From contig JAAOMT010000076.1 in the NCBI GenBank assembly GCA_016748015.1, forward strand, positions 331,574-395,573: a stretch of 64,000 nt of DNA, given 5' to 3'. Each line of letters begins with the position of its first letter. The first letter of the stretch is position 1. The translations under genes and the position numbers were made by a program. The DNA comes from Geosiphon pyriformis uo1. Taxonomy: Eukaryota > Fungi > Glomeromycota. The notes below the pieces were generated by a model. That model had not been told where the DNA came from. It searched no databases and was given only the letters and a program-made list of their open reading frames with translations. Shown piece after piece: positions 26,348 through 40,680 of this stretch.

Positions 26348-27324
26348 TGATTGCAAAAGAATTTAACCTGACCTTTTAAAAATCCAAGTTTTTCTATGAT
26401 GCGACTTTTGAAAGAAAATCTTTTATATATACTGTATATATACCTCCTCCTAGATTTCAACGGATATATGCTTTTTGACTATTCCCAAAATAGCCTGTCG
26501 ATTAAATAATTATCAAGATGATCATCATCACCATCATCATCAATGAAATCAAAACGATGATAATCAGTTGCAATTGTACTTACTTAATTTGCTCGATAAA
26601 ATTTTTTAATGGTTAAATGCGTTCCCCGACAAAGAATCATTTCAGGTACGACTAAGCCAAAAATGGATGATTCATGAACGCCATACAAGTAAATTTGGTA
26701 AATTTTAATCACAGGATCACGAATTTTAAAAGATGTGTTATTAACTCACAATGCATAAAATCTATTCAAAAAGACTAGGTTATTGAATATTCAGATAAAA
26801 TATTAAAAATGGTGCTACCAATTTCTTTGAGAAAAATGATTATGATTAATATAGTTTTACAGTGATTAACTTTAATAAAATTTGAACAAAATTACAGTGA
26901 GGAAAAAGGTAAATGCCGCTGCATGTGGCATGAGGATATAAGCCCTATTGTAGTCGGAATAACAGAAAATTGAGAAATGAAATATATTTTATCTTTCAGA
27001 AATAAGATTTCATCGTATAAAATTAATTTTAAATAAGCGTGGGAAGAATACTAACAGCTTTCAGCTTTGATACGGGGGTTAGATGGCTACAACAAAATTA
27101 ATTAATAAAACTTTAATAAGAACAAATAAAGATCTTCTATTTATGCTTGATGAGATAAATACAATATTTTCACACACAGGAATAATTTGAACTTCAAAAA
27201 AAGGAAATTTATCAATTAGAACAAGAGTTTTTTAAAATTGATTTTAAAAGGTTGAATTAATCGCTGACCATGAAGATAAAATAGTTTCGAGCTAAAAATA
27301 TTTGCTTTCTTATTTGAAAGAATC

Positions 27325-27413
<89 letters not shown>
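27325..27413. repeat. (AAT)n microsatellite (~29 units)
   Basis: Seen directly. Shorter AAT/TTA runs at ~29118-29150 and ~29838-29870. Confidence 0.95.
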
Positions 27414-27615
27414 TCTATAGCGTACTAATCAGCTTTGAAGAGATTTTTTACTCGTAGAAAAAATTGCGTATGTAAAACTTCTTTCAAAATCGGATCGAAC
27501 GCTATATTTCTTCTAGTTAAATAATATAAGAATTTAGACGAGCAATTATATTTAAAACTGTGAATTAACTAATCGCATACTATGTAAAGAATTTATAGAT
27601 TTCTTTGCTGATGAT

Positions 27616-28348
27616 TTATTTGACGTAAAAGAAACTTTGAAAAAAAATTGCATAATATAAAAGGTAAAAAATTAAAATTTTTTGGCCACAATTTACTGAA
27701 TTTCGATCAATTTCTTTTAGCGTTGTAGAATTGCCATTTTCGTCAACTTGAAGACTTGAATTATTTTTGAAATCAAGTTGCATCGTTGAATTAGTAGAAT
27801 TATCACTTTTATTGAGGTTCACCATAGACGTCGGTTGGAGATTTGCAGAAATAGTGAAAAAAGCATTTGGATTAAAATTAGTTCCAACGCATTTAGTTGT
27901 ACATAGCTCGAATTCCCGGTTACTGAATGGATTATTGACATCTATGAGAATTATGAAAAGGTTTGTCAAACCCAGATTTGCCTTAAATAAAATGGAATGA
28001 AATTTAAAAGCTTATTTAGATTAATACTTGTTTCTCGTTTACAACTAGCAAAGCATTCATCAGTTTTTTGAATTTGTAATGAAGAAGGATTTGGAACGCC
28101 AGCACAAAGAGAACGACAAGATAAATCGGTTGTTGCGCAATTATGCTGTTCAATGCATTGCTGAATTGATACTAAAGGAAAAAGAGGGATGTTAATTTTG
28201 ATACATTTATACGGGAATCAGGAAGTTAATTAAACAAAAAATTGATAAAAAGATTTTTTTTATGAAAACCTATAGCTTTTTGTCCTGAAACAATCAAAAT
28301 TAAAAAGAAAAAGAAGATTATATGGTTGTACATGATATTTTGATCCAT
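27616..28348 (-). CDS. Small secreted 8-Cys protein with probable GPI-anchor signal, 3 exons (28348-28270, 28171-28028, 27941-27616; ~182 aa)
   Basis: Signal peptide MDQNIMYNHIIFFFFLILIVSG. Core CIEQHNCATTDLSCRSLCAGVPNP...ECFASC...LCTTKC. Asn/Ser/Thr-rich stalk with N-x-S/T sites and a hydrophobic C-terminus. The exons total 549 nt and stay in frame; the first donor (GTTTTC) is weak. Confidence 0.8.
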
Positions 28349-29118
28349 TTCGAAAAAAAAGAATAGAATTGGGTCTTGATTAAAGTTTAGAAAAAGAAAA
28401 ATGATTAAGGTGAAAAGCAGGAATGAATTTAGTAGTTTTATAGAATTCTTTTTTTTTTTAATTTACATTTGGCTTATAATAACTTTATCATTCTAGTCGT
28501 TGATGGACATTTCTTTTCTAAAATGAAATAACAAACAAAATTTAAATATGAATTTGATATAGTTTAATCAATCTCTTTTATTATATAATGGTCTTTTCCT
28601 TAAGGCTGAAAGGGACAAATTAAAATTTTAGCCTTCTCTTAGAGTTAACTCTCATAATTTTGAGGCAAAGATAAATTATGAACTTGGTTATTTGTTAAAA
28701 AGTTTTTCTATCATCCTTATTCTCGTTTAGTTAAAGCTTCCTATTTTTGAGCCATGACATATTCTTGCGAGTTCTCTGAAACTTTTCTAATGAGTCTCTG
28801 TTAATAAACATGATGTATTTCAATAAAATGAAAATCATACATTTTTCTAAAAGCGAAAAGCCAAGGTTCAAAGTTATTTATACAGAAATCTTTGACGATA
28901 ATAATAATAACAATAATAATAATGATTACTCGATAAAATTTTATAAAATAACTCATGTGGCTAGCCTATAAAATTTACAGAATAATTCTTAAAAAAGCTA
29001 AAGAAAATTTTCTGGTGAAGTTGCGGCTGAAATTGGGTGGTCAATATTTGAGCGTAAATAGTTATAAACAGGTCTTTGTGGCTAGCTGCATCTCAATCCA
29101 CTATTAAAAGTGGCTCCC

Positions 29119-29151
<33 letters not shown>

Positions 29152-29838
29152 GTATAATTGAAAAAAAATTATTTTAAAGTAGATCTAATAAACTCGACCA
29201 ACTTGATGAAATCTAAAAAATATAATGTACTTTTCTTTAAAAAAATTTTATTTTCTACGGAGTGCAGAAAACTGAAAAATTTAGTACAAGGTTATATTTT
29301 TAAGTAAAATAAATTCTTTAAAACTAATTGCTTATATAATTTTTTGGAATTATACTAGTTTATTCCGAAATCCTCTAAATTAGACAATTTACAGTTTAAC
29401 TTTTGGATATCTAAATAAATTTAAAAGTTCAATAAGACTCGTTTATTTGGTTTATGATGTAGGATAGCGATAAAAGAGAAAATGTCGTTGAAACAACCCA
29501 TTCATTAAAAAGTTTATATTTTTTTTTAGACCAATTTAAAATAATATTAGGATATGCCCATTTTCCTGCTTATGTTCCTTTCTCTCCCCCATGAAACATG
29601 CTGTTCTCAGATGGAAGTTCTATTTAATATCTTTGACTTAGAGCTCGTTACAAAAATATTTCTTTCGATAAATTTTTTATTTAAAGTTATGGTTTTTTCA
29701 AAAAAAATATCTACTTTTAATTTGACAGCTTTTGATCAACCTTTGAGGCCGATTATTATATCTGTGTTCGTCCGAATTAAGTTTAATTATATTAACAAGT
29801 AATCTTAATTGTCAAAGTGAAGCATGAGACTATGAGAC

Positions 29839-29871
<33 letters not shown>

Positions 29872-31927
29872 GACATTAGAAAATGCATGAAGCACTGATC
29901 AAAAAAGATAATGATCATATGCTACCTTGCTACATATCCTACATAATTAAGTTTCGAAAATGGCGCTAAGGGGTGAGATGTGATCTATGTTTCACGTGGT
30001 TAAAGATTTTCATCATAACTGATCATCTGTTAGAATCAAATATGTACATTAAAAACTTTAAACAAAGCAAATATATATAATAGCTTTGGAATTTTGAATA
30101 AAGTTTGAACTTTATTTTGCAGCAGAAATAGTCCTGAATATATGAAACAGTTCCAATAAAAAGCAATTTCTCTACACATTGCAATAGAGTGGGGGTTAGA
30201 ATTTCTAACAAAACCTGAATGCAGATCAAAAAGTCAAATTTTTGATTATTAAATGACATAATCAGCAAAATACTAGAAATTATTCGATGACATCCAAGTA
30301 GAGCATGAGGTTTTTACAATTATGGAAAATTTTATCAAGTAAAAAAAAATGACCTGTAGCTCATTTTGGAGGATATAAGCAAGAACAATAATGGTAATTT
30401 TAAATTGATACAATGATAAGCATTTAAAACTTTTGCCTAGGATAGATGTCCGAGTATTTGATAATTCTTATAATAAAAATGAACATACTTCTGAACTCTT
30501 ACCAATATTGCACCTGAATTATCTCGTTAGTCATAAATATTTAAACCCAAAATATTTGACAAGCCAATTTAAATAACAAAGAATGTGAGTGAAAGAGGCG
30601 ATTGTAAGGAAAAAAATTTTTTTTAAAAAATTTAGATTCAGAGATCCTACTTTAAAATGACTTACCGAGACAAACAAATTAATAAATTTCATTTTATTTA
30701 TATATATGTATTCTATTTTTGATACCGAAATTTAAAAGTAGAATATTTGTAATTTTGAAGAAAAAAAAAGGTTTTTTCGAAAATAAATTTTGAAATTTTT
30801 ACAAATGTCACTACAATTTCAAATAAAATTGATTCCTATGAACTTTCCTGGTGACTAAAGGCAGAATATTTCTTACTATTAATTAATTAAAAACTTTGCT
30901 GTTTCAAAAGTTACACACACAAAAAATAAGAAACTTTAGAATTTAAAAAAATAAAATATATAAAATTAAATTTTAAATGCTTTATTGAAAAGAATTCTTA
31001 AAAAATCAATTATAAACTATTTCCAATTTTAAAATTAAGCTATTAACTTAAAATCAAGTATAGAAAAATTTTTTATTTAAACTATAATATTTCTTAAACC
31101 AATAAAAATGTCAAAAAAAGTTGTCTATTACTATAAATGAGGATATTTTAATGAAAATTGATCATTATAAATTTTTTTTCAAATTTATAATTATAAAATT
31201 AAATTGTGCACCATTTTTTTATGGTGAAAATTATTGGTTATTATTAATAAATTTAGAATTTAAAAAAAAAATTAATTCCCCCTTTGTGATCTCATGATAG
31301 TAATGACAATAGATTCAATAAAATTTTTTATTTTTTGCAAATAAAAATGAATATCTCAAACCTGATTAACTAAACTTGAATTAAGCTTTCTTGTTAAATT
31401 TACCTCTCATTATAAAAATGGAACTCAATAAAATTCTCAGCCGTTGACGGCATGCAGCTATAACCTTTAAGTAGGTCTCTATTATCACACACAATTGTTT
31501 AATGAAAAAGTTTGAAGTTATGATAAAAGTCATTAGACTCTCGATCAATGCAATCGCGGAATGAGATTCTGGTTACAAGTCTACGCCCACGAGCATTATA
31601 TGCAGGAAAGGTTTTATTTGTCCAGTTATAAAATTATAGTGACTCATTGTTTTTTAATGGGAAAGGTTTCCAAAATCATTCATGCTACCTTGACATTTGA
31701 CACAATGATAATACTCAAATACTATTTATACTCAAGTGTGACAAAATACTCATCTTTGATTTTTAGTCGCCTAAATCTACATATAAATCCAATAGAGAAG
31801 AAAAAAAAATTCAGCGCTCTCGTTCTCTTTTTTGTGAGGTGAAAAAAAAATTTTTCACTCTTCACGTTCGCTCTATATTTTATGGCTAATTTCGTCAGCA
31901 GGATTTTGATACAGTAATAAAAAAATC

Positions 31928-32841
31928 ATGTCTTTGGTTCGTAAAAATAGAACAATAGCATGCCTTCGTTGCCGTGAAAGCAAGACAAAATGTACAGGGG
32001 AACCAATTTGTCATCGTTGTCATAAATTTAGATTCAAATGTGTTTTCCCTGTTGCCAACAAAAAACGTGGACCGCAGCAACGCTATGGGATGTTTTTGGA
32101 ATCACGAGTAACTTGTCATACCAAAATTCCTGCAGAAAGAATAGTCAATAAATTACCAACTGTCTTTAAAATTTTACAATATAATTCAAAAAGTGATCAC
32201 ATGATCACATCATCAGATAAGATTCCTTTCTATCAACCCTTCTATGATTTACCTTCAATCAACCAACCAAAACCTTCGGCTTCATGGAATGAAAGGATGG
32301 TTTCTAATGAGATCCAAAAATATTGTAATCATAAACCGAATCAAACCTGCATGAAATGTAATGTTGCAAATGGCCTGAATATGTTAGGTATGCGTTGCAT
32401 AATTTTTTTGACATGTTAATACATAGCTGTTCAAGCAAAATTCATTACAAAAAATTCTAAGAAACATGAACAAATTTCTTTTTAGGATATTCCGATTGCC
32501 CACAGGTTCAGTTTGCAAACCCGAATTGCAAAAAAACTTTTCTCAACTCTCTAGAATTGTTTCCTAAAAAAAATTCCTTCTTAGAAAACCCCAACATCCA
32601 CCCAAAAATTTCATCAATTTTCGAAAAGGGCTCTCAATCCGGAATATTTGAAGAATTCGTTACCCTCCCTTTATTGGATCTTAATTATCCATTATATCCT
32701 AGTATCTCAGCTTTGGCCATGAATCAATTTCCTCTGGTTGTGCCGTTATCCTCGTCTTCAATCTTTGACGGCAAGATCAGCAAAGGGAACTCAGATACAA
32801 CATTAAAAAGTGACTATTTCGAGGATCACTCCCTATCTTGA
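31928..32841 (+). CDS. Zn(II)2Cys6 transcription factor, 2 exons (31928-32387, 32486-32841; ~271 aa)
   Basis: ACLRCRESKTKCTGEPICHRCHKFRFKCVF....KKRGP. A phase-1 intron GTATGC...TTTAG at 32388-32485 joins in frame to ORF 32557-32841. Confidence 0.9.
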
Positions 32842-34499
32842 AGCTACCTTGATTATCAGACTTTTCAAAAATGCCCATTAGAATATCTATGTGATAAATT
32901 TTATTAGTGACTATTTTGGCACGGTTAAGAAACTCAATGGAAAAAATTATAAAATTTTGACGAAACTCATTTATAATAAGCTTAAATTTACGCAACCGAG
33001 TTTTTACATGGAGATTTATTCTTTTAAGCATTAAAAATAAGACCAATATGTCATAAGGACGAATATCTATAAAATTGAAAGCATGTTCTTCCAGTTTAAC
33101 GGACCGGTTTTCACCTAATTGATCAACTTCGCGTTTTATTTCAAGTCATTATTTTTTAGTCAATTCTCTTTGACTAGATAGTACCTTTAATTCGTTTTAT
33201 TTGCCATAATAAAATATTTAGCACAGGTCAAATCAAAATTTTTGATGAATTGAATTTTCGAAAATTCTCAAGGTCAGATTGTGAAATTAATTAATGTTTG
33301 CCTTGTGTAAAAGATCTATCTTAAATTTCGATAAAGCTTTGAGGGCTTTGAAGTTTTGAATAAATTAATTTCACATTGACTACGCGGATAAACTTGATAC
33401 CCTGAAAAAATCGCTATAAAATATAATTGCCAATTCCTTTGAAAAATATATTAAAGTTTAGAATCTTATGGTCAAATACGATACTAAATTATCTCCGGTT
33501 TTTATAAAACCAAGAATAGTTCTTGAAGAGCTGTAAGCTACAATTTGACAAATTAATTGAAGTCTACAAGTCTTTTAAAACTTTTAAGTTGTGAAAAAAT
33601 TCTTAAAAACTAAAAAAATGATCATTTTAATATTATAACAGTTGTGTAATTAAAAAACAAAAAACAAAAATATTAATTAATAATAATTATGAAAATACAA
33701 AACAAATGAATAACATGTTTTATGGTTTTAATGAAATAAGATTTATTTGCTTTTATGAAAAAAATTAAAAGATTTAACCAATAAATTAGTATAGGCGTTA
33801 AATAATTTAATAAATTAATAATTTTATTTTTCAATTTGAACCTTAAAATATAATAGAATTTATCAAAAAATACAGTTATCAAAATTTTTATTTAATAAAA
33901 TTTACTTTTATATATTAGATCTATTAAGAGTCATCTAAATATAATAAATAGTAAAATAAGTATTAAAAATAGCATAAGTATAAAATTTTATTGTAATAAT
34001 TTCTTATCTTTTAGGCAAATAAACTAGATAAATAAATTTTTAATGTATGATAATTAAATTAAAAGACCAATTAATAAACCAATCTTTAGAAAAATCAATC
34101 ATTTTTAATTTAAACTGCACTGGATGAATAATTTGTTGCTTATTATTACTTTATGTATTTACTTGATTTTAAAAACTGCAACTTCTTAGTTATAGGCTTG
34201 TAATTATACAAAACTTTAAGTTAAACTAATTTTAAAAAAACTTTTTTGGCAATAGAATAATATTAAAATAAGCATTTCAATACTTTTCAATAAGTTTAGG
34301 ATAAAAAGATTGAATGAAAAAGAAGATAATTTCAGGTTTTTTGTTATTTAGAATAGTCTTTATAAAAAATTATAAAAACAATTATAATAAAAAGCTATTA
34401 GAAAATATTGATTTGAGCTTTTTTATTAAATTAGTTATTATTTTTAAGTACTTTAAAAATATTTTTGGGTTTTTTTTGCTTTTATTCTTATAAATTTTT

Positions 34500-34830
34500 G
34501 ATTTCTCCAAATATGTTATTTTCAATGATATTATTATGATTGAAATTTTTATTTTTTAAGTTTTATATTTAATTAGCTATATTTAATCACATGTATTAAC
34601 CAATGATGTCATTATTTAGCCATCCTATTTTTAGAATTAGTTATTGATGTAATTATTGACCTAATTATTGATCTCTTTTTAAGAATATATAAGTAAAACT
34701 TTTTAAAAGCACTAACATAAGGTATAGAATTATACTAGTGTGTTATTTTTTCTTAACAGCACAATTTTTTTCCATCTCTAAATTTTCTTATTACTTTTTG
34801 GAAAAAATAGTGACTGAAATATTTATAAAC
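34500..34830 (-). repeat. Copy of a degenerate dispersed repeat family (also ~36170-36360 -, ~41945-42120 +, ~44185-44850 +)
   Basis: The core CATYYTATTTTTAGAATTAGTTATTG plus ~12-bp internal subrepeats occurs at 34621, at 36220 and inverted at ~44705-44730. The block ATAAATATTTCAGT...AAAAGATAA...TGCTTTTA is shared between the reverse complement of 34700-34830, 44185-44310 and 41945-42050. Confidence 0.65.
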
Positions 34831-37800
34831 CTGATCTTATATATTGAATTCTTATTATTTCAATTTGTTTATTAAAGTTGAATTATCTTCATATTATTTT
34901 TATTGTTATACAATACTGTTTTTTTTGCTATCTATTAGCATGTTATAACTAATTATAAAAATATTAAACTCACATTTAATTAAAATAATAAACCGTTTTT
35001 ATTTTTTAAAACATTATAATAAGAATTATTTTTTTACAAGAATTACTTTTTTTTAATTTAACTTTAAAAATCAATATTCTCTATTTTTTATAAAAATAAA
35101 AATCATGAATTATTGCTAATTGGTTTTTATTTTCTGTTTAGCTTTTTAGAATTATTCCAATTATATGAACTCATAAAAATTTTGTGTTTTTTATGTTTTT
35201 TAAAAGAATAATATATACTGCTAAACAAAGTTTTTATTTTTAAATTTTTTGGCATTTGAAATTTTCTAGAACTTTCTTATTATTCTTTTAAATCTTTAAT
35301 AATCTGATAAATTTTTTATATTCTATTAGAATTTCATCTTTTTATATTTATTATAGTCATAAAAAAACAGAAAGTCTATTATGTCAATAATTTTTTTATG
35401 ATTAAATTGTTTTTACAAGTCGGATAAAATTTTTTTGCTTTTACAAATAGTACAATTGTATTTCTTACCATTTTTTTCCATAGTAATTACAATTATACTT
35501 AAATAATTCACAGTTTTTTTAACAGTTTAATATAATTCTAATCTATTAATTAAGATCTGTATCTTTTATAATTGAAATATATTGGGTTTTGGTTTTATAT
35601 TTTCTGTTTTAATTTTTTTATAAAATACTACAAATGTTAAAATAATATTTTTCACAATTTTTAATATATTTATTTGTTAACACAACTAAAATTTTAATAT
35701 TTAAATCTAATTTCTAAAAAGTTAATTGTAAGTTCAAAAAGAAATTTCAGATTTGAATTCTTGTGTATTATTAATCTGTTTAATTTATCAAATTAATTTA
35801 CAAATTTTTATTTAAAAAGTTCTTAAAATTTGAATGAAACTTTTTATCTCTTTTAAAAATATAACTAAACTTTCATATTAACTACTATTTGTTGTAATAC
35901 AATCTTATTATTTAAAAGCAAAATTCAATGTTTAAATTAAATTTGGGTTATTTTGAAAATAAGTTATTATTATGTAATTATAATTAAATTGCTTTTAATA
36001 AATTTATAAACAATGCTTTTCAATCAACACAATTTGTTTTAAAATAATAAAACAAAATTTATTTTTTTAAATTATTGAATTTATCAAAAATATATTTTTA
36101 AAAATGTGCAAATAATAAAATATTTTGCAAATTAAATATTATTATTATTTAATTTTTCAATTTTTAATGATCTTATTTATATTTAAACATATATTAGCTA
36201 TTAATATTATATATTTAATCATTTTATTTTTAGAATTAGTTATTGGTTTAACTATTAATTTGTTTATTGGCTTAATTTCTAACTTAATTATTAATTGGTT
36301 TATTATTATTTTTTAAAAAAAACATAAACAAATTTTTTATAACTTAAAAAGCATTTAGCAAAAATTAATTAATTAATATGATTAACTTAATTTTATTTTA
36401 TAAATTTGATTAAAACTTTTTTTGATATTTTTATTACTATACATAATTTATTATTTTGCTATATATTAATTTGTTACTTTAATTTGTAACAATATATAAA
36501 ACAAAATTTTAAAATTATTACAAATAATAATAAATTAAATTTGTTATCTTGAACATAAGAATTATATACAATAAGCATTAAAAGTAATATCTAAATTTTT
36601 ATGTTGTAATACATATAAATTAAATATTTTTTTATTGCTTACTTTAAATAAATTTCTATCAAAATGGTTAAAAAATTATATGCTATTAATTTGAATATAA
36701 TAAATACATAAAAACATTTTTTAATATAAAAATATCTTTTAAAATTATTAAAAAGTGCAAAAAATCAATAAATTAATACATATTATATATAAATAATTCA
36801 AAAATTTTCAAGCTTTTAAGGTTAGATTCTTTTTTAAAAAGTAATTATTAAAGATTAAAAAAAGTCAATTGCATATTTATTAACCAGATTGCTTTGTGAA
36901 ATATAAAAATAAAATTTTGTATTTATTTTATCTCAAGTACTTTTTTTTTTATTTTTAACAGATTTTTTGTTGTTTATATGTATTTCAAATTACTTCTTTA
37001 CATACCACTTAAACTTTTTTATTTTTTATTTGTATGATTAAAACAATATTATAATACCAACTACTAGTATTTAACTTATATTTATTTAATTTCACTTTTA
37101 ATTAAAAATAGAATATAAATAAAACAATTTTTAAAAGAAACTTCCACTTTGCATAAAACACTTTTAGCATTCAGCTGTTTTACTGAGCTGTTATTATAAA
37201 CTTTGATGCTATTAATATTCAAACCAACCAGACTTTTTTCTGATAACAGAGATTACTGCCAATTTGGAAAAACTTTTCTTATATTGCTCAATCTCTTAAT
37301 TATCATTTATTCAAAAATGTAAAATACAAATAGACTAAAAAAAGCAAAAATTTTTTAATTACTTTAAGCAAAAGCTTATAAAAGGCAGAATTTTGGTCTA
37401 TCTTAATTTTCGAAAGAAAATTATTTTTACAATAAATGTTTTTCAAATTGGAATTGGAGCCATTTTATTTAGACTTAATAAAAACAGCAAAGAATATGTA
37501 GTTGTTTATGCCAGCGGAAATCTTAAATCTGCTAAGAAAAGATAAAAATAAATGTTTAGTAATTGTATAAACTGTTAAAAGTATTTCTGACAATACTTAA
37601 TCTTTAACCCATTTAATATTGTAACTACTTATAAAAAATTTATCGGGTTATTTAAAAAAATCCACTAAAAAGTAAATATGTTAGATGAATTACCATTATA
37701 CAATTTTATATCCACAAAATATAGAATATTATTCTTAAATTCAAAAAAAAGTACTAAAATTCTGATGATATTCATGCATTTTGCGCAACTTTGATGAGAT

Positions 37801-38003
37801 ATTAAAAATCTTACCAGAAAAAAAGTAACCAATACAAATATTTGTATTGAAAGTTTCCTATATTTAACAATAATATAAATAGAGAAAAATATTTGTCAGA
37901 AATGATTAGATTTCAATAAGTATATAAATGAAAACTATACAATCGAAATGATAGTTTTCTGTAAAACCTTCTTTCAAAAAAGCTAAAAATTTTATAGTGA
38001 AAC

Positions 38004-39479
38004 ATGGATTTTTGGAAATTATTACTTTTTTCGACTGAGGTTTGAAATATGGAAATTCAAAGAAAAGATAGAAGTTTATTTTTTATTTTTTCAATTTTAC
38101 AATAAAATTTGTATAATTTTTTAGTCAAGTTCGCTTATGTTGCTTGTATGTTTAGCCGGATATTTTGGCGCAAGGGTTAAAATTTTGACACCTATTGTAG
38201 AGGAGGTAATTTATTTAAAGGTTCAATTAATGATTAATATTAAGAAGTCTTTTCCTAATAACATTCAACAAATTTTGAAATTTAATATTTTTATAGGGTT
38301 TATCTAAATTGACAGTCCAGTTTTTACTACCATGTTTATTATTTTCAAAAGTTGCCAAAATAATTGATCTTGAAGCTATGATTCGTCTATGGCCCCTTCC
38401 AGCTTTTTTCATTCTATTTAATTTAATCGGTGCAATACTTGGTGTTATAGGAGGGAAATTCTTGGGACTTTCCGGATCTCATACAAAATTCGTGGCAAAT
38501 GGAATAATGTTTAATAATGTTTCGAGTTTGCCAATTAGTTTGATTCAGGGTTTAACGACCACAGAGGCTATGAAAGTTCTTTTGATGAATGAAATGGATA
38601 CGCCGGTGAAAGCAGCTAGTCGTGGAATGTCATATACTTTGCTCAATATATTGTTTTCATCTATTATCAGGTATGTAAATTATACGACATTTCAAAAGTT
38701 TTTTGCATCATACTTGTTTGTTTGTTTATTAGTTATTTATTTATTTATTTGCTTGTTTTTATTAAAAATCATAACTAATAACAATAATTTCATTTGATAG
38801 GTTTAGTCTAGGAACTTATATGACAAAAAAAGAGTCAAACGTGGTTACAGCACAACCGTCAGATCAAGGATCACTGAATGAAAATTCCCTGCTTTTGCCT
38901 CATCCTCAACATAAAGATAAAAAGAACAGATCTGTGTTCTCAATAAGCATATGTGTTATAAATAAAATTCGAAATTTTATGAACCCTCCACTTTATGCTG
39001 CTATCTTAGCAATAGTTGTCGGTATAATAACTCCTTTCAAAAAAATATTCTTTGGGACATCAGCACCATTATACCCATCAATCACACATGCGATAGAATA
39101 CATTGGCGAAATCACAATTCCAGTAACACTTTTATGTCTCGGTGCTCAGATGAAGAATTTTTCTCCTCTCAAGAATCGATCAATGTTACCAGCTATCTCT
39201 TATATATTATTATGCCGATTTATTATTATGCCGGCAATCGCGATCGTTTTAGTTATTTTAACACGCAATTGGTATTTTCAAGATCCGATGCTATGGTTTG
39301 TCCTGATGTTATCGGCAAGTGGTCCAAGCGCTATCAATATTATTAATATCGCACAAATTACTGGCACTTTTCAGGAAGAAACTACAGCCTTGTTGTTGTA
39401 TTCTTATTTAGTAACAACACCAATTTTAGTTGCTTATCTGGTGATTATGTTATCGATTATTGGGGAAATTTTATACTGA
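38004..39479 (+). CDS. Auxin efflux carrier (AEC/Mem_trans; PILS/ECM3-like) transporter, 4 exons (38004-38039, 38125-38205, 38297-38670, 38801-39479; ~389 aa)
   Basis: Motifs LLVCLAGYFGAR, LSKLTVQFLLPCLLFSKV, FNNVSSLPISLIQGL, RGMSY...IRFSLG, FMNPPLYAAILA..G, IPVTLLCLGAQM, DPMLWFVLML...GPSAIN. All introns are GT-AG and in frame (1170 nt). Confidence 0.92.
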
Positions 39480-40680
39480 CCATTAATGAAAGGATGGGAT
39501 ATAAAAAAAATTTCTAAATGAGATTTCTGGGAAAAATTTAGATTTAATTATATTATTTTTTTATATTCTTAGTCTTCTTTCACAGATTAATGGAATTTAG
39601 TCTACGAAACATATGTCTAACATTAACCGAGTAAATATGTCTTATCAGTAAATTTTGATTATCTCGGTTTGTCAAAAAAACTTTTGACTCTTTAGTCTTT
39701 GATAAACATAAGGAAAAAGCTCGAAAAGGCAAATTAGAAAATTTAAGTTGATTTGACATGAATCTTACTTTTAAAAACATAAGGGTAATTTTCGAGGTTT
39801 TAGTAATTGTAAAAGAAGTTTAATAACATCACTAAAAGAAAAACCCTCATTCCCATATGTCATACAATTATTATATATAACTTGAAGTAATTTACACATC
39901 TCCAATATTTGCAAGTTACATGCAAGACCCCTCAAAAAATTAAATTTTAGTAGTATTTTTCATTCCAAAATTTGTCGTCTAAAATCTGAAACTTGAATGT
40001 TTTAAATCTTTTTGATGACGAAAGTACATTACTCTCCCAACTGCCATTTTATCTCCCGAAAATTTTGAAATTAACTAATCTTTAAGTATCAGTGTTTTTG
40101 CCGTCAATTAACGAGGAAAAATTTTATTAACCCTAATCAATCAGCAGTTTCATAAGTTATGTTGTTTTTTTTGCTGCTAGCTTTATTGACTGTTTTTTCT
40201 TTGAGGTTCAAAATTTTTGTTGCAATTTGCTTTATTAGAGGGTTCAATAATACACAAAATAACAGTTACAAATAAATGTTCTATAATTTACCCGCGATCG
40301 GAGCCTAGTCGATTTCTCAGTAAAACTTGAATCAAAGAATGCCCTTTTTTAATAATACACGACCAAATTGTGTTTTTTGGGCCAAAATTAATATGATTCT
40401 GAGATTTAGCTGTTGCCAATGGATTATTAATATTTATTTGGAACAAGATCAAAAAAAAAATTTTACTTTTAATTTTAATTTTATAGCCTTCAAGATTGAG
40501 ATTATATAATTTCACCCTTTATCCGAAAACACTAAAAGCGACGTGTAAAAATGGTCAAGATATAAAAAACTTGATGTTTTATCAAATTTATATTATTTTT
40601 TCTTAAAAAGATAATAATCGGGTAGTTAATATGACTATTAACATCTTACAATATGAATATGGTATATTTCTAATACATAA

